From assembly GCA_965205505.1 (NCBI GenBank), contig CBDBHB010000008.1:1024001-1088000 (forward strand): a DNA stretch of 64,000 nt, in the 5' to 3' direction. This document shows positions 1 through 9,445 of the stretch, piece after piece. A model generated the notes under the pieces. The model was not told the origin of the DNA. It did no database searches and saw nothing but the letters and a program-made list of their open reading frames with translations. A program made the translations under genes and the position numbers. Source of the stretch: Acidobacteriota bacterium. Lineage in GTDB: Bacteria; Acidobacteriota; UBA890; WLXD01. Every line of letters starts with the position of its first letter. The first letter of the stretch is position 1.

Positions 1-654
1 CCGGGTATCAAGGGCGAGCGCTTTCGGCGCGTGACGCTCGACGATGGCGTGCGCGGCGGTCTTCTAGGCCAAGGGAGCATCCTTATGGTGACTTCCTATC
101 CGGATCGCACGGCGCCGGTCGTGCGTGGGCGCTGGATGCTCGAGAACATCCTCGGCATGCCACCCCCCCCACCACCAGAGAGCGTGCCGGATTTGGAGCC
201 GACGGCCAGTGATGGCCGCGTCCTTTCGATGCGAGAGCAAATGGAGCAACATCGGAGGAATCCGGAGTGCGCCACCTGTCACGTGCGCATGGACCCGCTG
301 GGCTTCGCACTAGAGAACTTCGACGCGGTGGGCCGTTGGCGTACGATGAGCAACGGAATTCCGATCGATGCATCATCCGTATTCGCCGACGGCACGCCCA
401 TCGATGGTATTGCGGGCATCCGGAAGCTATTGTCGGACCACCGTGAGAACTTGGTCCGCACGTTTACGGCAAAGCTACTGACCTACGCCCTCGGGCGAGG
501 GGTCGAGTACTACGACAATCCCGCCATTCGCAAGATTCTGCGCCGCGCCGCCGCCACCAATTACCGGTGGTCATCCATCATCCAGGGAATCGTCGACAGC
601 GAGCCATTCCAGATGGGGAAAGCGCCGCTTCAGATGGAGAGCACCGCGTCATGA
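1..654 (+). CDS. DUF1592/DUF1588/DUF1585 cytochrome-c-like protein, C-terminal part (5' end outside window)
   Basis: Frame open from position 1; motifs RGGLLGQGSIL, TAPVVRGRWMLENILG, haem motif CATCH, DPLGFALENFDAVGRWR, LLTYALGRG; precedes a DUF1552 gene as is typical. Confidence 0.9.
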   Translation, partial: PGIKGERFRRVTLDDGVRGGLLGQGSILMVTSYPDRTAPVVRGRWMLENILGMPPPPPPESVPDLEPTASDGRVLSMREQMEQHRRNPECATCHVRMDPLGFALENFDAVGRWRTMSNGIPIDASSVFADGTPIDGIAGIRKLLSDHRENLVRTFTAKLLTYALGRGVEYYDNPAIRKILRRAAATNYRWSSIIQGIVDSEPFQMGKAPLQMESTAS

Positions 655-1988
655 TCATCGCCAAGAAGGCCATTCCCCGGCGCACGGTGCTACGAGGGTT
701 GGGCGCCGCCGTCGCACTTCCGCTGCTGGACGCAATGGTGCCGGCAGCGACCGCTCTCAGTCAGACGCCGGCCAAAGCAATAAAACGCTTCGGCGCCGTC
801 TACGTACCGAACGGGGTGATTCCGGATCGGTGGTTCCCTGCCGCGGTGGGCTCCGATTTCGAGTTTTCGTACGCGTTGAAACCACTGGAGCCGTTTCGCG
901 ATCGACTGAAGGTGTTGGGCGGCCTCGACAGCGACCCGGTCAGGCCACCCGGCGCGCCCTCCGCGGTTCACGCGCGGGCGAGCACGAAGTTCCTGACCAA
1001 CGTGCACCCCAGCCGTGCGCTCAAAGCCGGCATCTCGATGGACCAGCTGGCCGCCCGAGAGCTGGGTCGAACAACGCAGCTGCCATCGCTCGAGCTCGCC
1101 CTGGATACGGTGGATGCCGCGGCGACTTGCGACGATGGAAGCTGTATCTACACGGGAACGATTTCCTGGGCCGGACCGACTTCGCCGCTACCTATGGAGA
1201 CCGATCCTGCGGCCGTCTTCGAGCGCTTGTTCGGCGAAGACACCACCGATCCGGCGGCGCGCCGCGCCAGCGCACTGCGCAAGACCAGCATTCTCGATTC
1301 GGTGCTCGCAGAGGTCTCGCTGCTCAAGAACAAGGTCGGTCCGAGCGACCAATCCCGACTGGCTGGATACCTGGAGAGCGTGCGCGCGGTGGAGCAGCGT
1401 ATACAGAGAGCGGTCGAGCAGAACGTCGAGCTGCCGGCATTCGACCGGCCAGCCGGCGTTCCAGGCGACTACGCTGAGCATGCGAAGCTGATGTTCGACT
1501 TGCAGGTAATTGCCTACCAGGCCGACATCACTCGCGTCTGCACGTTCATGATGGGAAGGGAGTTCAACGGCCGCACCTACCCCGAGATCGGCGTACCCGA
1601 CTCGCACCACCCGATCTCGCATCACCGGAATGACCCCGAGAAGGTCGACAAGTGTGCCCAGATCAACCGCTACCATACGAAGCTGTTCAGCCATCTGCTG
1701 GAGAAACTGGCCGCGACGCCGGACGGCGACGGGTCGTTGCTGGACCAGGTGGTCATCAAGTTCGGCGCCGGCATGAACGACGGCAACAGCCACATCGTCA
1801 ACGATCTACCGATCGTGCTAGCGGGTGGCGGCGCTGGCCAGCTCGAAGGTGGACAGTACATTCGCTACGGGGAGGGCACGCCGCTCGCAAACCTGCATGT
1901 CGCGCTGCTCGACAAACTGGGGGTACCGGTAGAGAGCTTCGGCAATAGTACGGCCCGTCTCAAGCTCGACTACCTCGGCGGAATCTGA
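651..1988 (+). CDS. DUF1552 domain protein
   Basis: ATG at 651 overlaps the upstream stop (ATGA); RRTVLRGLGAAVALPLLDAM N-terminus, YVPNGV, SMDQLAA, P..VFERLFG, SILD, HH.ISHH motifs. Confidence 0.9.
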   Translation: MIIAKKAIPRRTVLRGLGAAVALPLLDAMVPAATALSQTPAKAIKRFGAVYVPNGVIPDRWFPAAVGSDFEFSYALKPLEPFRDRLKVLGGLDSDPVRPPGAPSAVHARASTKFLTNVHPSRALKAGISMDQLAARELGRTTQLPSLELALDTVDAAATCDDGSCIYTGTISWAGPTSPLPMETDPAAVFERLFGEDTTDPAARRASALRKTSILDSVLAEVSLLKNKVGPSDQSRLAGYLESVRAVEQRIQRAVEQNVELPAFDRPAGVPGDYAEHAKLMFDLQVIAYQADITRVCTFMMGREFNGRTYPEIGVPDSHHPISHHRNDPEKVDKCAQINRYHTKLFSHLLEKLAATPDGDGSLLDQVVIKFGAGMNDGNSHIVNDLPIVLAGGGAGQLEGGQYIRYGEGTPLANLHVALLDKLGVPVESFGNSTARLKLDYLGGI

Positions 1989-2002
1989 GCGCGGGCCGGC
2001 GA

Positions 2003-3496
2003 ATGTCTGTCAACCGCCGGACCGCAGCAGCGTGGATGGTAGCGGCGTTGCTCGCCACCGACGGCGTCGCCGCGAGCGGCCAGCTGCACCTCGCCGACGC
2101 CGTCAAAGAGAAGAACGCGGCGGCCATCCAGGCCCTACTGCAGCAGGACGTCGACGTGAGCTCGCCCCAGGCCGACGGGGCGACGGCGCTGCACTGGGCC
2201 GCCTACCAGGACGATCTGGAGCTGGTCGACCAGCTGATCAGCGCCGGCGCCAACGTCAACGCGGCCAATGATCTGGGGGTCACGCCCCTCGCACTGACAA
2301 GCACCAACGGCAACACGGCGATCGTGAGGCGCCTGCTCGAGGCAGGAGCTGATCCCAACGTAGGCGGCGAGACCGGCGTCACGCCGCTGATGCAAGCCGC
2401 GCGGATCGGCGGCGTGGGCGCTGTACAGGCGTTGCTCGAGTTCGAGGCGGACGTGAACGCGCACACCAGTGACCGGCTGCAAACGGCCCTGATGTGGGCC
2501 GCGGCGCAGCGCCACCCGGAGGTGGTCGACGTACTGCTAGACCACGACGCCGACATCCACGCCCGCACCCGCACGCGCCGTGAGGTCGTCATGCTCGACC
2601 TGGGACGGCGGCGAGCTGCCAGGACGGCGGCCGAGGACGCGGCGGAGATCGAGCGCGGAGGAATCACGGCGCTGTTGTTCGCGGCCCAGTCCGGCGACTT
2701 GGATTCAGCGAGACTTCTCCTGGACGCCGGGTCGGACGTGAACGACGCCGGAGCGGACGGCAACTCGGCGCTGGTCGCGGCGGCGTTCTCCGGTCAGGGA
2801 GCCGTTGCCAGGATGCTGCTGGACGCCGGAGCGAATCCGCACAGCGCCGGTGGCGGTTACACGGCGATGCATGCGGCGGTCCTCCGAAGCGATCTCGACA
2901 CCATCGCGGCGCTCCTGGCACACGGCGCAGACATCAACGCGCCGCTCACGAAGGGCAGCCCGATCCGGCGGTACACCTCACACTGGGCTCTCTCGAGTGC
3001 CTGGGCCGGGGCAACGCCGTTGATGCTCGCGTGCCACTACCTGGAAAATCAGATCATGCGGCTGCTGCTCCGCAGCGGTGCCGCCATGACGGCTCTTCCC
3101 AACGAGACTACACCGCTCCTGGTGGCAGCAGGAACCTACGTCGAACGACGCGTCAACCGTCCGCTGGACCACTCCGACACCCCGACAGTCCTCGGTGACA
3201 TTTTCTTTGAGCGCTCAGCAGAGGCTTCGCTCGAGGCTGTCGAGATCCTGCTCGGCGCCGGCGCCGACGTGGACGAAGCGAACCCGGCCGGCGACACTCC
3301 GATGCACGCCGCGGCGGCCAACGGGTTCACGGCTGTGATCGAGTTGCTCGCCGACCGGGGCGCGAAGCTGAACGCAAAGAACCAGCGCGACCAAACGCCG
3401 CTGGCGCTGACATCCGGAAGAGGCGCCCCGGGAAGCACGGCGACCAACCGCGAGAAAGCCGCGACGCTGTTGAGAGAGCTCGGCGCCACGGAGTAA
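2003..3496 (+). CDS. Exported ankyrin-repeat protein
   Basis: Signal-peptide-like start; many G.T(A/P)L(H/M).AA...LL..GADVN repeats. Confidence 0.92.
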   Translation: MSVNRRTAAAWMVAALLATDGVAASGQLHLADAVKEKNAAAIQALLQQDVDVSSPQADGATALHWAAYQDDLELVDQLISAGANVNAANDLGVTPLALTSTNGNTAIVRRLLEAGADPNVGGETGVTPLMQAARIGGVGAVQALLEFEADVNAHTSDRLQTALMWAAAQRHPEVVDVLLDHDADIHARTRTRREVVMLDLGRRRAARTAAEDAAEIERGGITALLFAAQSGDLDSARLLLDAGSDVNDAGADGNSALVAAAFSGQGAVARMLLDAGANPHSAGGGYTAMHAAVLRSDLDTIAALLAHGADINAPLTKGSPIRRYTSHWALSSAWAGATPLMLACHYLENQIMRLLLRSGAAMTALPNETTPLLVAAGTYVERRVNRPLDHSDTPTVLGDIFFERSAEASLEAVEILLGAGADVDEANPAGDTPMHAAAANGFTAVIELLADRGAKLNAKNQRDQTPLALTSGRGAPGSTATNREKAATLLRELGATE

Positions 3497-3515
3497 GAGC
3501 GAACAGGCTGCGACG

Positions 3516-3974
3516 ATGGTGATCAAAGTTCTTCGTTTGCTGGCGCTGGTGCTGCTGCTGAATATCGCCCGTTACCTCGTCGCACCGGTTCTCGAGGTGC
3601 CGCTGATTTTCGAAGGGCTGTTCGGTGCCATGGCTGCGAACCCGCAACACTTCAACAGCGACTTCACGAGTTGGGACTTCCTGACCTCGTACGCGTACAA
3701 CGGCGCGATGTGGCTCACGATGACGCTGTTGTTCCATCTGCTGCGTCCGGCGCTTCGGGGGTCGGATATGGTTGCTAGCCTCAAGATATACGCTCTAGGC
3801 TGGCTGTTCTTTGCGAGCGTCAGCGGCATCTACATGAACCACTACAGCCATCCTGGCGACTTCTACGCTTGGAACGTGGCCGACGCGGTGATCGCTTTCG
3901 GCGTGGTCGCCCTGGTCAATGGAGTCGCCTATCGTCGCGTGATGGGACCATCCGCCGCCGATGCCCGGGCCTGA
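3516..3974 (+). CDS. Hypothetical membrane protein (about 4 TM helices)
   Basis: Four hydrophobic stretches; co-oriented 19 nt after the ankyrin gene. Confidence 0.7.
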   Translation: MVIKVLRLLALVLLLNIARYLVAPVLEVPLIFEGLFGAMAANPQHFNSDFTSWDFLTSYAYNGAMWLTMTLLFHLLRPALRGSDMVASLKIYALGWLFFASVSGIYMNHYSHPGDFYAWNVADAVIAFGVVALVNGVAYRRVMGPSAADARA

Positions 3975-4025
3975 TCCGCTGCCATTGAGCGAGATCGGCC
4001 GTCGCGTCAATCCGTCGACCGGGTT

Positions 4026-4342
4026 TCAACGTGGTGTCGTCTCACGCGCGACGAGCGCCTCGACCGCCAGATGCGCCGCGCCGATTGCACCCGCGGTCAT
4101 CGCGTCGGCCATCGCATCCGAGTTGGCTATCGCGATACGTCCGAAGGGCTGGCGGGCCGCCCGGGCGGCAGCTCATTGAGCAGCCAATCAACCTCGCCGG
4201 TCTCGGGATCGTGACCGTAGGCATAACCGTGGGGCCAGCGATTCACCGTGATCGCCTCGATGTCACGTGCCGGATCGAACCCCCCGGTAGACAGGATGCA
4301 GTCTAGCTGATCCCTGATGTTGCGCTCGAACGTCTCGAATGT
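4026..4342 (-). pseudogene. C-terminal remnant of a spermidine-dehydrogenase-like (SpdH-type) flavoprotein
   Basis: FETFERNIRDQL..ILSTGGFDPARDIEAITVNRWPHGYAY, then after a frameshift PFGRIAIANSDAMADAMTAGAIGAAHLAVEAL; no N-terminal FAD domain. Confidence 0.7.
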
Positions 4343-4437
4343 CCCTCCTCCCTTCGTTCGCCGTGAATATGGCACGCACGCGGCACGGAGTGCTAGGGTG
4401 CTGGTTCGATCGTCCTTGGAGAGACTGTGGGGAGCGG

Positions 4438-5715
4438 ATGAGACACGGGAAGCACTTACGGCACCTCGGCTGGCTTTTGGCGCTCAGCTGGCTGGCTGCT
4501 GAGCCGACAACGGCGCTTGGCCAGGAGTGGACGCAGTGGCGCGGGTCACAGCGGGACGGCAAAGCTGCGGCAGAGCTCCTACCATCAGCCCTGCCGAGTG
4601 AGCTCGAGCGCCGCTGGCGCATCGAAGTGGGGCGTGGCTATTCCAGCCCGGTGGTGACGGGTGATCGCATCTTCCTGCTGACGCGGGAAGCCGATGAAGA
4701 GGTCGTTCGATCGCTTGATCTGAGCAGCGGCGCCACCATCTGGCGACAAGCCTACGCCGCTCCCTACGAAGTGAACGTGTCCGCAACCCGCCATGGCGAC
4801 GGGCCCAAGTCCACTCCCGTGCTCTCCGGCGGCAAGCTCTATGTGTTCGGCATCGACGGCATCTTGTCTTGTTTCGATGCCGAGTCGGGCGACCTCGTTT
4901 GGCGTCGCGAGTTTGCCGGCGAGTACCCGACTACCTCACCAATCTACGGTGCCTCAGCATCGCCGTTGGTCGATGGCGGCAGCGTCTTCATTCACGTTGG
5001 CGGTTATCACGATGGCGGGATTGCCGCATTCGATGTGGACACCGGCGAACCGATTTGGACCACCCGCGGCGATGGTCCCGGACACTCTTCCCCGATTCTG
5101 TTGCAGCTACACGGGCAGCGTCAGCTCATCACCCAAACCGATGCCCACATCGTAGGGGTGACCCCGGAGAGCGGCCGTATCCTCTGGAAGATCCCGTTCA
5201 CGACCGACTACGACCAGAGCATCGTCACGCCTGTGGTCGATGGTGAGCATTTGATCTTCTCCGGGCTGGACAAGGGGGTCTTCGCTGTCGAGATCCTCCG
5301 CGATGGCGACTCATGGACATCGGTGGAGCTCTGGCGTAATGACGACCTGCCCATGTATATGAGCTCGCCAGTGCTCGTCGGCACGCGGCTGTTCGGGTTC
5401 ACCCACAAGCGGAGCGGACAGTTCTTCGCCGTCGACGTCGCTAGCGGCCAAACCCTCTGGACCAGCCTCGGCAGGGAGGGCGATAACGCGGCGCTGGTGG
5501 GAATCGGGGATCGCCTCCTCGCCCTTACCGATGGCGGCGAGCTGATCGTGCTTGCAGCTGATGCGACCGAATTTCGGCCGCTGGCGCGCTACGAGGTAGC
5601 CCAGAGTGGTACCTACGCGCATCCAGTGCCAACCCGACAAGGAGTGCTCATCAAGGACGCCTCGTCGCTGTCGCTGTGGCAGATACCGGACGCCGGAGCG
5701 GAAGACGGGCAGTGA
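4438..5715 (+). CDS. PQQ-binding-like beta-propeller (BamB-like) exported protein
   Basis: Signal peptide, WTQWRG..RDG, GYSSPVV, STPV, ASPLV, YMSSPV repeats; ATG 4438 preferred over 4339. Confidence 0.85.
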   Translation: MRHGKHLRHLGWLLALSWLAAEPTTALGQEWTQWRGSQRDGKAAAELLPSALPSELERRWRIEVGRGYSSPVVTGDRIFLLTREADEEVVRSLDLSSGATIWRQAYAAPYEVNVSATRHGDGPKSTPVLSGGKLYVFGIDGILSCFDAESGDLVWRREFAGEYPTTSPIYGASASPLVDGGSVFIHVGGYHDGGIAAFDVDTGEPIWTTRGDGPGHSSPILLQLHGQRQLITQTDAHIVGVTPESGRILWKIPFTTDYDQSIVTPVVDGEHLIFSGLDKGVFAVEILRDGDSWTSVELWRNDDLPMYMSSPVLVGTRLFGFTHKRSGQFFAVDVASGQTLWTSLGREGDNAALVGIGDRLLALTDGGELIVLAADATEFRPLARYEVAQSGTYAHPVPTRQGVLIKDASSLSLWQIPDAGAEDGQ

Positions 5716-5717
5716 AC

Positions 5718-6569
5718 ATGGCCCAGGGGAAGCCTCACTCGGCGCGGCCGCGATGGGCGATCTGGGTTGCGAGCCTCGCTCTGGCCAACTGCGCCGGGGA
5801 TAGCGAGCCGGCAGAAGCTCTCCGGGATGCAGACCAGACCGCGCCCGTCGAGTCGAAGAAGCTTCCCTATGACCCGACAATCCTGGATGATCCGTCGCGC
5901 ACCGCCGACGACCGCTACCGCGATGAAGGCATGAGGCCGCTCGACGTCTACGCTTTCTTTGGCATTGAACCAGGTATGGACGTTGCCGATCTGGGCACGG
6001 CGATCATGTACAACGCCCACATCCTCAACCACATCGTCGGCTCCGAGGGCAAAGTCTACGCCATCATGGACTGGGGCCCGACGCTGGCCGACTGGCGGGC
6101 CGATCGGACTTTGCCGGCCTATGAGCAGCGCAACGCCAACGGCGCTCTGAGCAACGTCGAGGTGATCGGCACGCTCGAGGAGCTACCCGACAGGAGCCTC
6201 GACGCACTGATCATCGTTCGCCACTACCATGATTTCGGTGAACGGGACGCGCGTATGGCCCAGCTTCCCCGGTTTCTGCGGGCGCTGAAGCCGGGTGGAA
6301 TTCTGGGGGTAATCGATGCGCACACCAACAAGTCCGACGAGCGTGACGAGTCGGTACACCGGATGAACGAAGCGCTGGCACACGAGGAGATCTCGGGCGG
6401 TGGCTTCGAATTCGTGGCGTCGTCCGATCTGCTCCACAACAGCAACGACACCTTCGATTTCGACGGCCGCGAGGGAGCGCGAACACCCGACGATCCATCC
6501 GACGATGCTCCGATCCATCGCTACTTCATCCATCGATGGACGATGAAATTCCGCAAGCCACTGGGCTAG
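5718..6569 (+). CDS. Class I SAM-methyltransferase-like lipoprotein
   Basis: Lipobox-like LALANC; R..DD.YRD..RP....FFGIEPGM.VADL, RHYHD, ALKPGGILGVID, GFEFVASSDLL.N motifs. Confidence 0.75.
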   Translation: MAQGKPHSARPRWAIWVASLALANCAGDSEPAEALRDADQTAPVESKKLPYDPTILDDPSRTADDRYRDEGMRPLDVYAFFGIEPGMDVADLGTAIMYNAHILNHIVGSEGKVYAIMDWGPTLADWRADRTLPAYEQRNANGALSNVEVIGTLEELPDRSLDALIIVRHYHDFGERDARMAQLPRFLRALKPGGILGVIDAHTNKSDERDESVHRMNEALAHEEISGGGFEFVASSDLLHNSNDTFDFDGREGARTPDDPSDDAPIHRYFIHRWTMKFRKPLG

Positions 6570-6623
6570 AAGCAGGGACAACGTCGCGCGGTTGCGCCCG
6601 GCCTCCCGTTGACTTCAAATCCA

Positions 6624-7583
6624 CTACCTCAGAATGCGCTGATCGCTGAGGTCTTTGCCGCCAACCGCCGTGGAGATCCGCGCTCCCCGGAACTCCTTGA
6701 TCTCGAGATCGGCGAGCGCGTTGACGATGTTGTATTGGGTCGGCATGTCCTCCCAGCGTGCCCGGTGGAACTGCAACGTCCCCTCGCCTCGCCAGGCTCC
6801 CTTGGGGACCTCGTTCGTATTGCCAGAGGGACTAAGAACGGCGTAATGCACGTCGGCGGTGCCCCACTCGCCGGTCTTCGGGATGTACTTGTAGTGAAGC
6901 GTTCCACTTAGCTCGCCATCTGTTCGGTCGGCCGCGGTCGACCCGCCGTCGGCAACCGGCACCTCCTGCAATTCCTTCACGCTCATGTCGAGGAACTTGA
7001 AGCCCATCCAGCTGGCGGTAACGTGGGTCTCTCCTTCGTACACCCTGGGCTCGGGAAGGTCGGCGTAGATCTTCGAGAACCCAAGCTCGTCGCGTCCAGT
7101 GAGAATTGGGTCCGTTAGGTTCTCCCAGAGCACCAGCAAGATGCTGCCGCTGGCGCGGTCTTCCCTGCCCTCGAACCTGGCGGGAAAGCTGACGCCGAGG
7201 ATGTTGTAGCCGCGCCCGGCGAGCCACGGGATCTCGGTGATGTAGGTGGCCGCGACGGTGACCACCGGCTCGCCGTTGAGCGAGAACCCTTCGGGGAGCA
7301 GCGCGGCCAGCTGTTCTGCATTGGTGAGGAAGCTCACCGCAATGGTCTTCTTCTGTGGCGCGCCGACGTTGTCGAACGTCTCGCCGTTCGGCCCCCGCCG
7401 CGGACCAGTACGGGGACCGAAATGCGTCGGCATTCGGTACATCGCATCGGGATCGAACGTGTAACTCATGGACGCTGCACCCTCTGCTGCAGGGACTCGG
7501 CCCGCGCTCGCGCCGGCACTCCACGCCGCAAGCGCCACCAACGAAACGACAACTGCAAACAACCAGCGGCTTCTCGTATTCAT
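6624..7583 (-). CDS. Acetoacetate decarboxylase family protein with signal peptide
   Basis: AAGGAG RBS before ATG 7583; YRMPTHFGP, WLAGRGYN, LWENLTDPILTGRDELGFSK (candidate Schiff-base Lys). Confidence 0.8.
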   Translation of the reverse strand: MNTRSRWLFAVVVSLVALAAWSAGASAGRVPAAEGAASMSYTFDPDAMYRMPTHFGPRTGPRRGPNGETFDNVGAPQKKTIAVSFLTNAEQLAALLPEGFSLNGEPVVTVAATYITEIPWLAGRGYNILGVSFPARFEGREDRASGSILLVLWENLTDPILTGRDELGFSKIYADLPEPRVYEGETHVTASWMGFKFLDMSVKELQEVPVADGGSTAADRTDGELSGTLHYKYIPKTGEWGTADVHYAVLSPSGNTNEVPKGAWRGEGTLQFHRARWEDMPTQYNIVNALADLEIKEFRGARISTAVGGKDLSDQRILR

Positions 7584-7756
7584 GACCTTACTCCTTCGCT
7601 GCCACGCAGCCCGGGCTATCCATGGAGGGGCGGAGCTTAGCCGCGACCCGCAAAGAACGCCAAGTAGGCCAAGGCCCACCCACTTGACAGCAAGGGTGCG
7701 CGGGAGCAGCGTTCGGCACGAAGTCGAGCCCCGTCCACCCTGCGAAGAGTCCTGCA

Positions 7757-9445
7757 ATGCTCCGAACGTCGCTCATCGAGAAAACGGTGGTCGCTCTTTG
7801 CGTCTGCCTTCCTGTGTTGGCCCAAGATTCAGGACCCGAGCCCTCGCCGGTGGAAAGGGTCGACGAGGTGTTCTCCCGATGGGACACGACCACGGGTCCA
7901 GGCTGCGCCGTTTCCGTCGTCGAAAACGGCGAGATCGTCTACAAGCAAGCCTACGGGATGGCGAACCTCGATCACGACGTTCCCATCCGCGCCGACACGA
8001 TCTTCCACGTGGCGAGCGTGTCGAAGGAGTTCACCGCCGCCGCGATCGCGCTCCTGGCCATGGAGGGTCGGCTGTCGCTGGACGATCCGGTTCGAAAGCA
8101 CCTGCCATGGGTCCCTGACTTCGGACATACGATCACCATTCGAAACCTGATCCACCACAATAGTGGCATCCGCGATCAATGGGCCCTGCTGGAAATGACC
8201 GGCTGGAGATACTCCCGCGACCGGATCACCGACGACGATGTCATCTATCTCATCAAGCGACAGCGAGATCTCAACTTCCTGCCCGGAGAACGATACCTCT
8301 ACTCCAATAGCGGCTACACGTTGATGAGCCAGATCGTTCAGGCGGTCAGCGGACAATCGCTACGGGAGTTCACGACCGGCCGGATCTTCGAGCCGCTGGG
8401 CATGACGCGCACCCACTTCCGCGACGATTTCTCCGAGATCGTCAAGGGCCAAGCGTTCGGCTACCGCTGGGACGATGAAGCATCCGCCTTCCGTCTGAGC
8501 GTCACCAACTTCGACACCGTGGGCGCGACCAGCTTGCTGACCACGGTCGAGGACATGGCCCGGTGGGACCGGAACTTCATCGACGCCGCGGTCGGGGGAA
8601 AGGAGCTCCTCGATTTGATCCATGAGCCTGGGCGACTCAACAGCGGAAAGGAGCAGGACTACGCGTTCGGGCTCGTTCACGGAGCCTATCGTGGGCTCCG
8701 AACAGTAGGCCACGGAGGCTCGGACGCCGGCTACCGCGTACACTTCGTTCGATTCCCGGATCAGGGTTACAGCTTCGTGGTGCTGTGCAACCTGGCACAG
8801 ACGAACCCGGCGCGACTGACACGGGAGCTCGCCGACATCTACCTCGAGGGGCATCTGGATCCGGCCGACAGCGAAGAACCCGCCACGATGAACCCCGTCG
8901 CCCTGACGGACGAGGAGGTGTCCCACATCGAAGGTGTCTACTGGTCCGACGGCTTCGCGTCGGTCCTGCGAGTCGATCGTCGGGAGAATTCCGTCCAGCT
9001 CAGTTTCGCCGGGCAGGAATTCGAGATGATCCACACCGGCAACGGCCTGTTCTCCGTGCCCACGGTGGATCTCCTGTTGCGGTTCGAACCCGCGGCGCAA
9101 GGTGCCCAGCGGGCGCTCTTTTGGTTTGCCGACGATCCATCGAGCATCGAGGAGGCGGACAGGGTCCCTCCCATCGAGCTGTCCGAAGGCAGTCTCGGTG
9201 AGTTCGCCGGCGAGTACCAGAGTCCCGAGCTGGCGGTGACCTATCACATCGATCTGAACCAAGGGCAGCTGATCATCCACTGGCTCAAGCGGGATCCGTC
9301 GAAGTTGACCCCGCTGGCGGAGGACCTGTTGACGGCAGACGGCGTCGGAGCGCTCCGTTTCCAACGCGACGCGAGCGGTCAGGTCACCGGATTCACCCTC
9401 GACTCCGGACGTGTGAGGAACTTCCGATTCGAGCGCGCCAGATGA
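7757..9445 (+). CDS. Serine hydrolase, beta-lactamase/D-aminopeptidase family
   Basis: SxxK (SVSK), YSN and HGG motifs; signal peptide; C-terminal extension. Confidence 0.9.
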   Translation: MLRTSLIEKTVVALCVCLPVLAQDSGPEPSPVERVDEVFSRWDTTTGPGCAVSVVENGEIVYKQAYGMANLDHDVPIRADTIFHVASVSKEFTAAAIALLAMEGRLSLDDPVRKHLPWVPDFGHTITIRNLIHHNSGIRDQWALLEMTGWRYSRDRITDDDVIYLIKRQRDLNFLPGERYLYSNSGYTLMSQIVQAVSGQSLREFTTGRIFEPLGMTRTHFRDDFSEIVKGQAFGYRWDDEASAFRLSVTNFDTVGATSLLTTVEDMARWDRNFIDAAVGGKELLDLIHEPGRLNSGKEQDYAFGLVHGAYRGLRTVGHGGSDAGYRVHFVRFPDQGYSFVVLCNLAQTNPARLTRELADIYLEGHLDPADSEEPATMNPVALTDEEVSHIEGVYWSDGFASVLRVDRRENSVQLSFAGQEFEMIHTGNGLFSVPTVDLLLRFEPAAQGAQRALFWFADDPSSIEEADRVPPIELSEGSLGEFAGEYQSPELAVTYHIDLNQGQLIIHWLKRDPSKLTPLAEDLLTADGVGALRFQRDASGQVTGFTLDSGRVRNFRFERAR

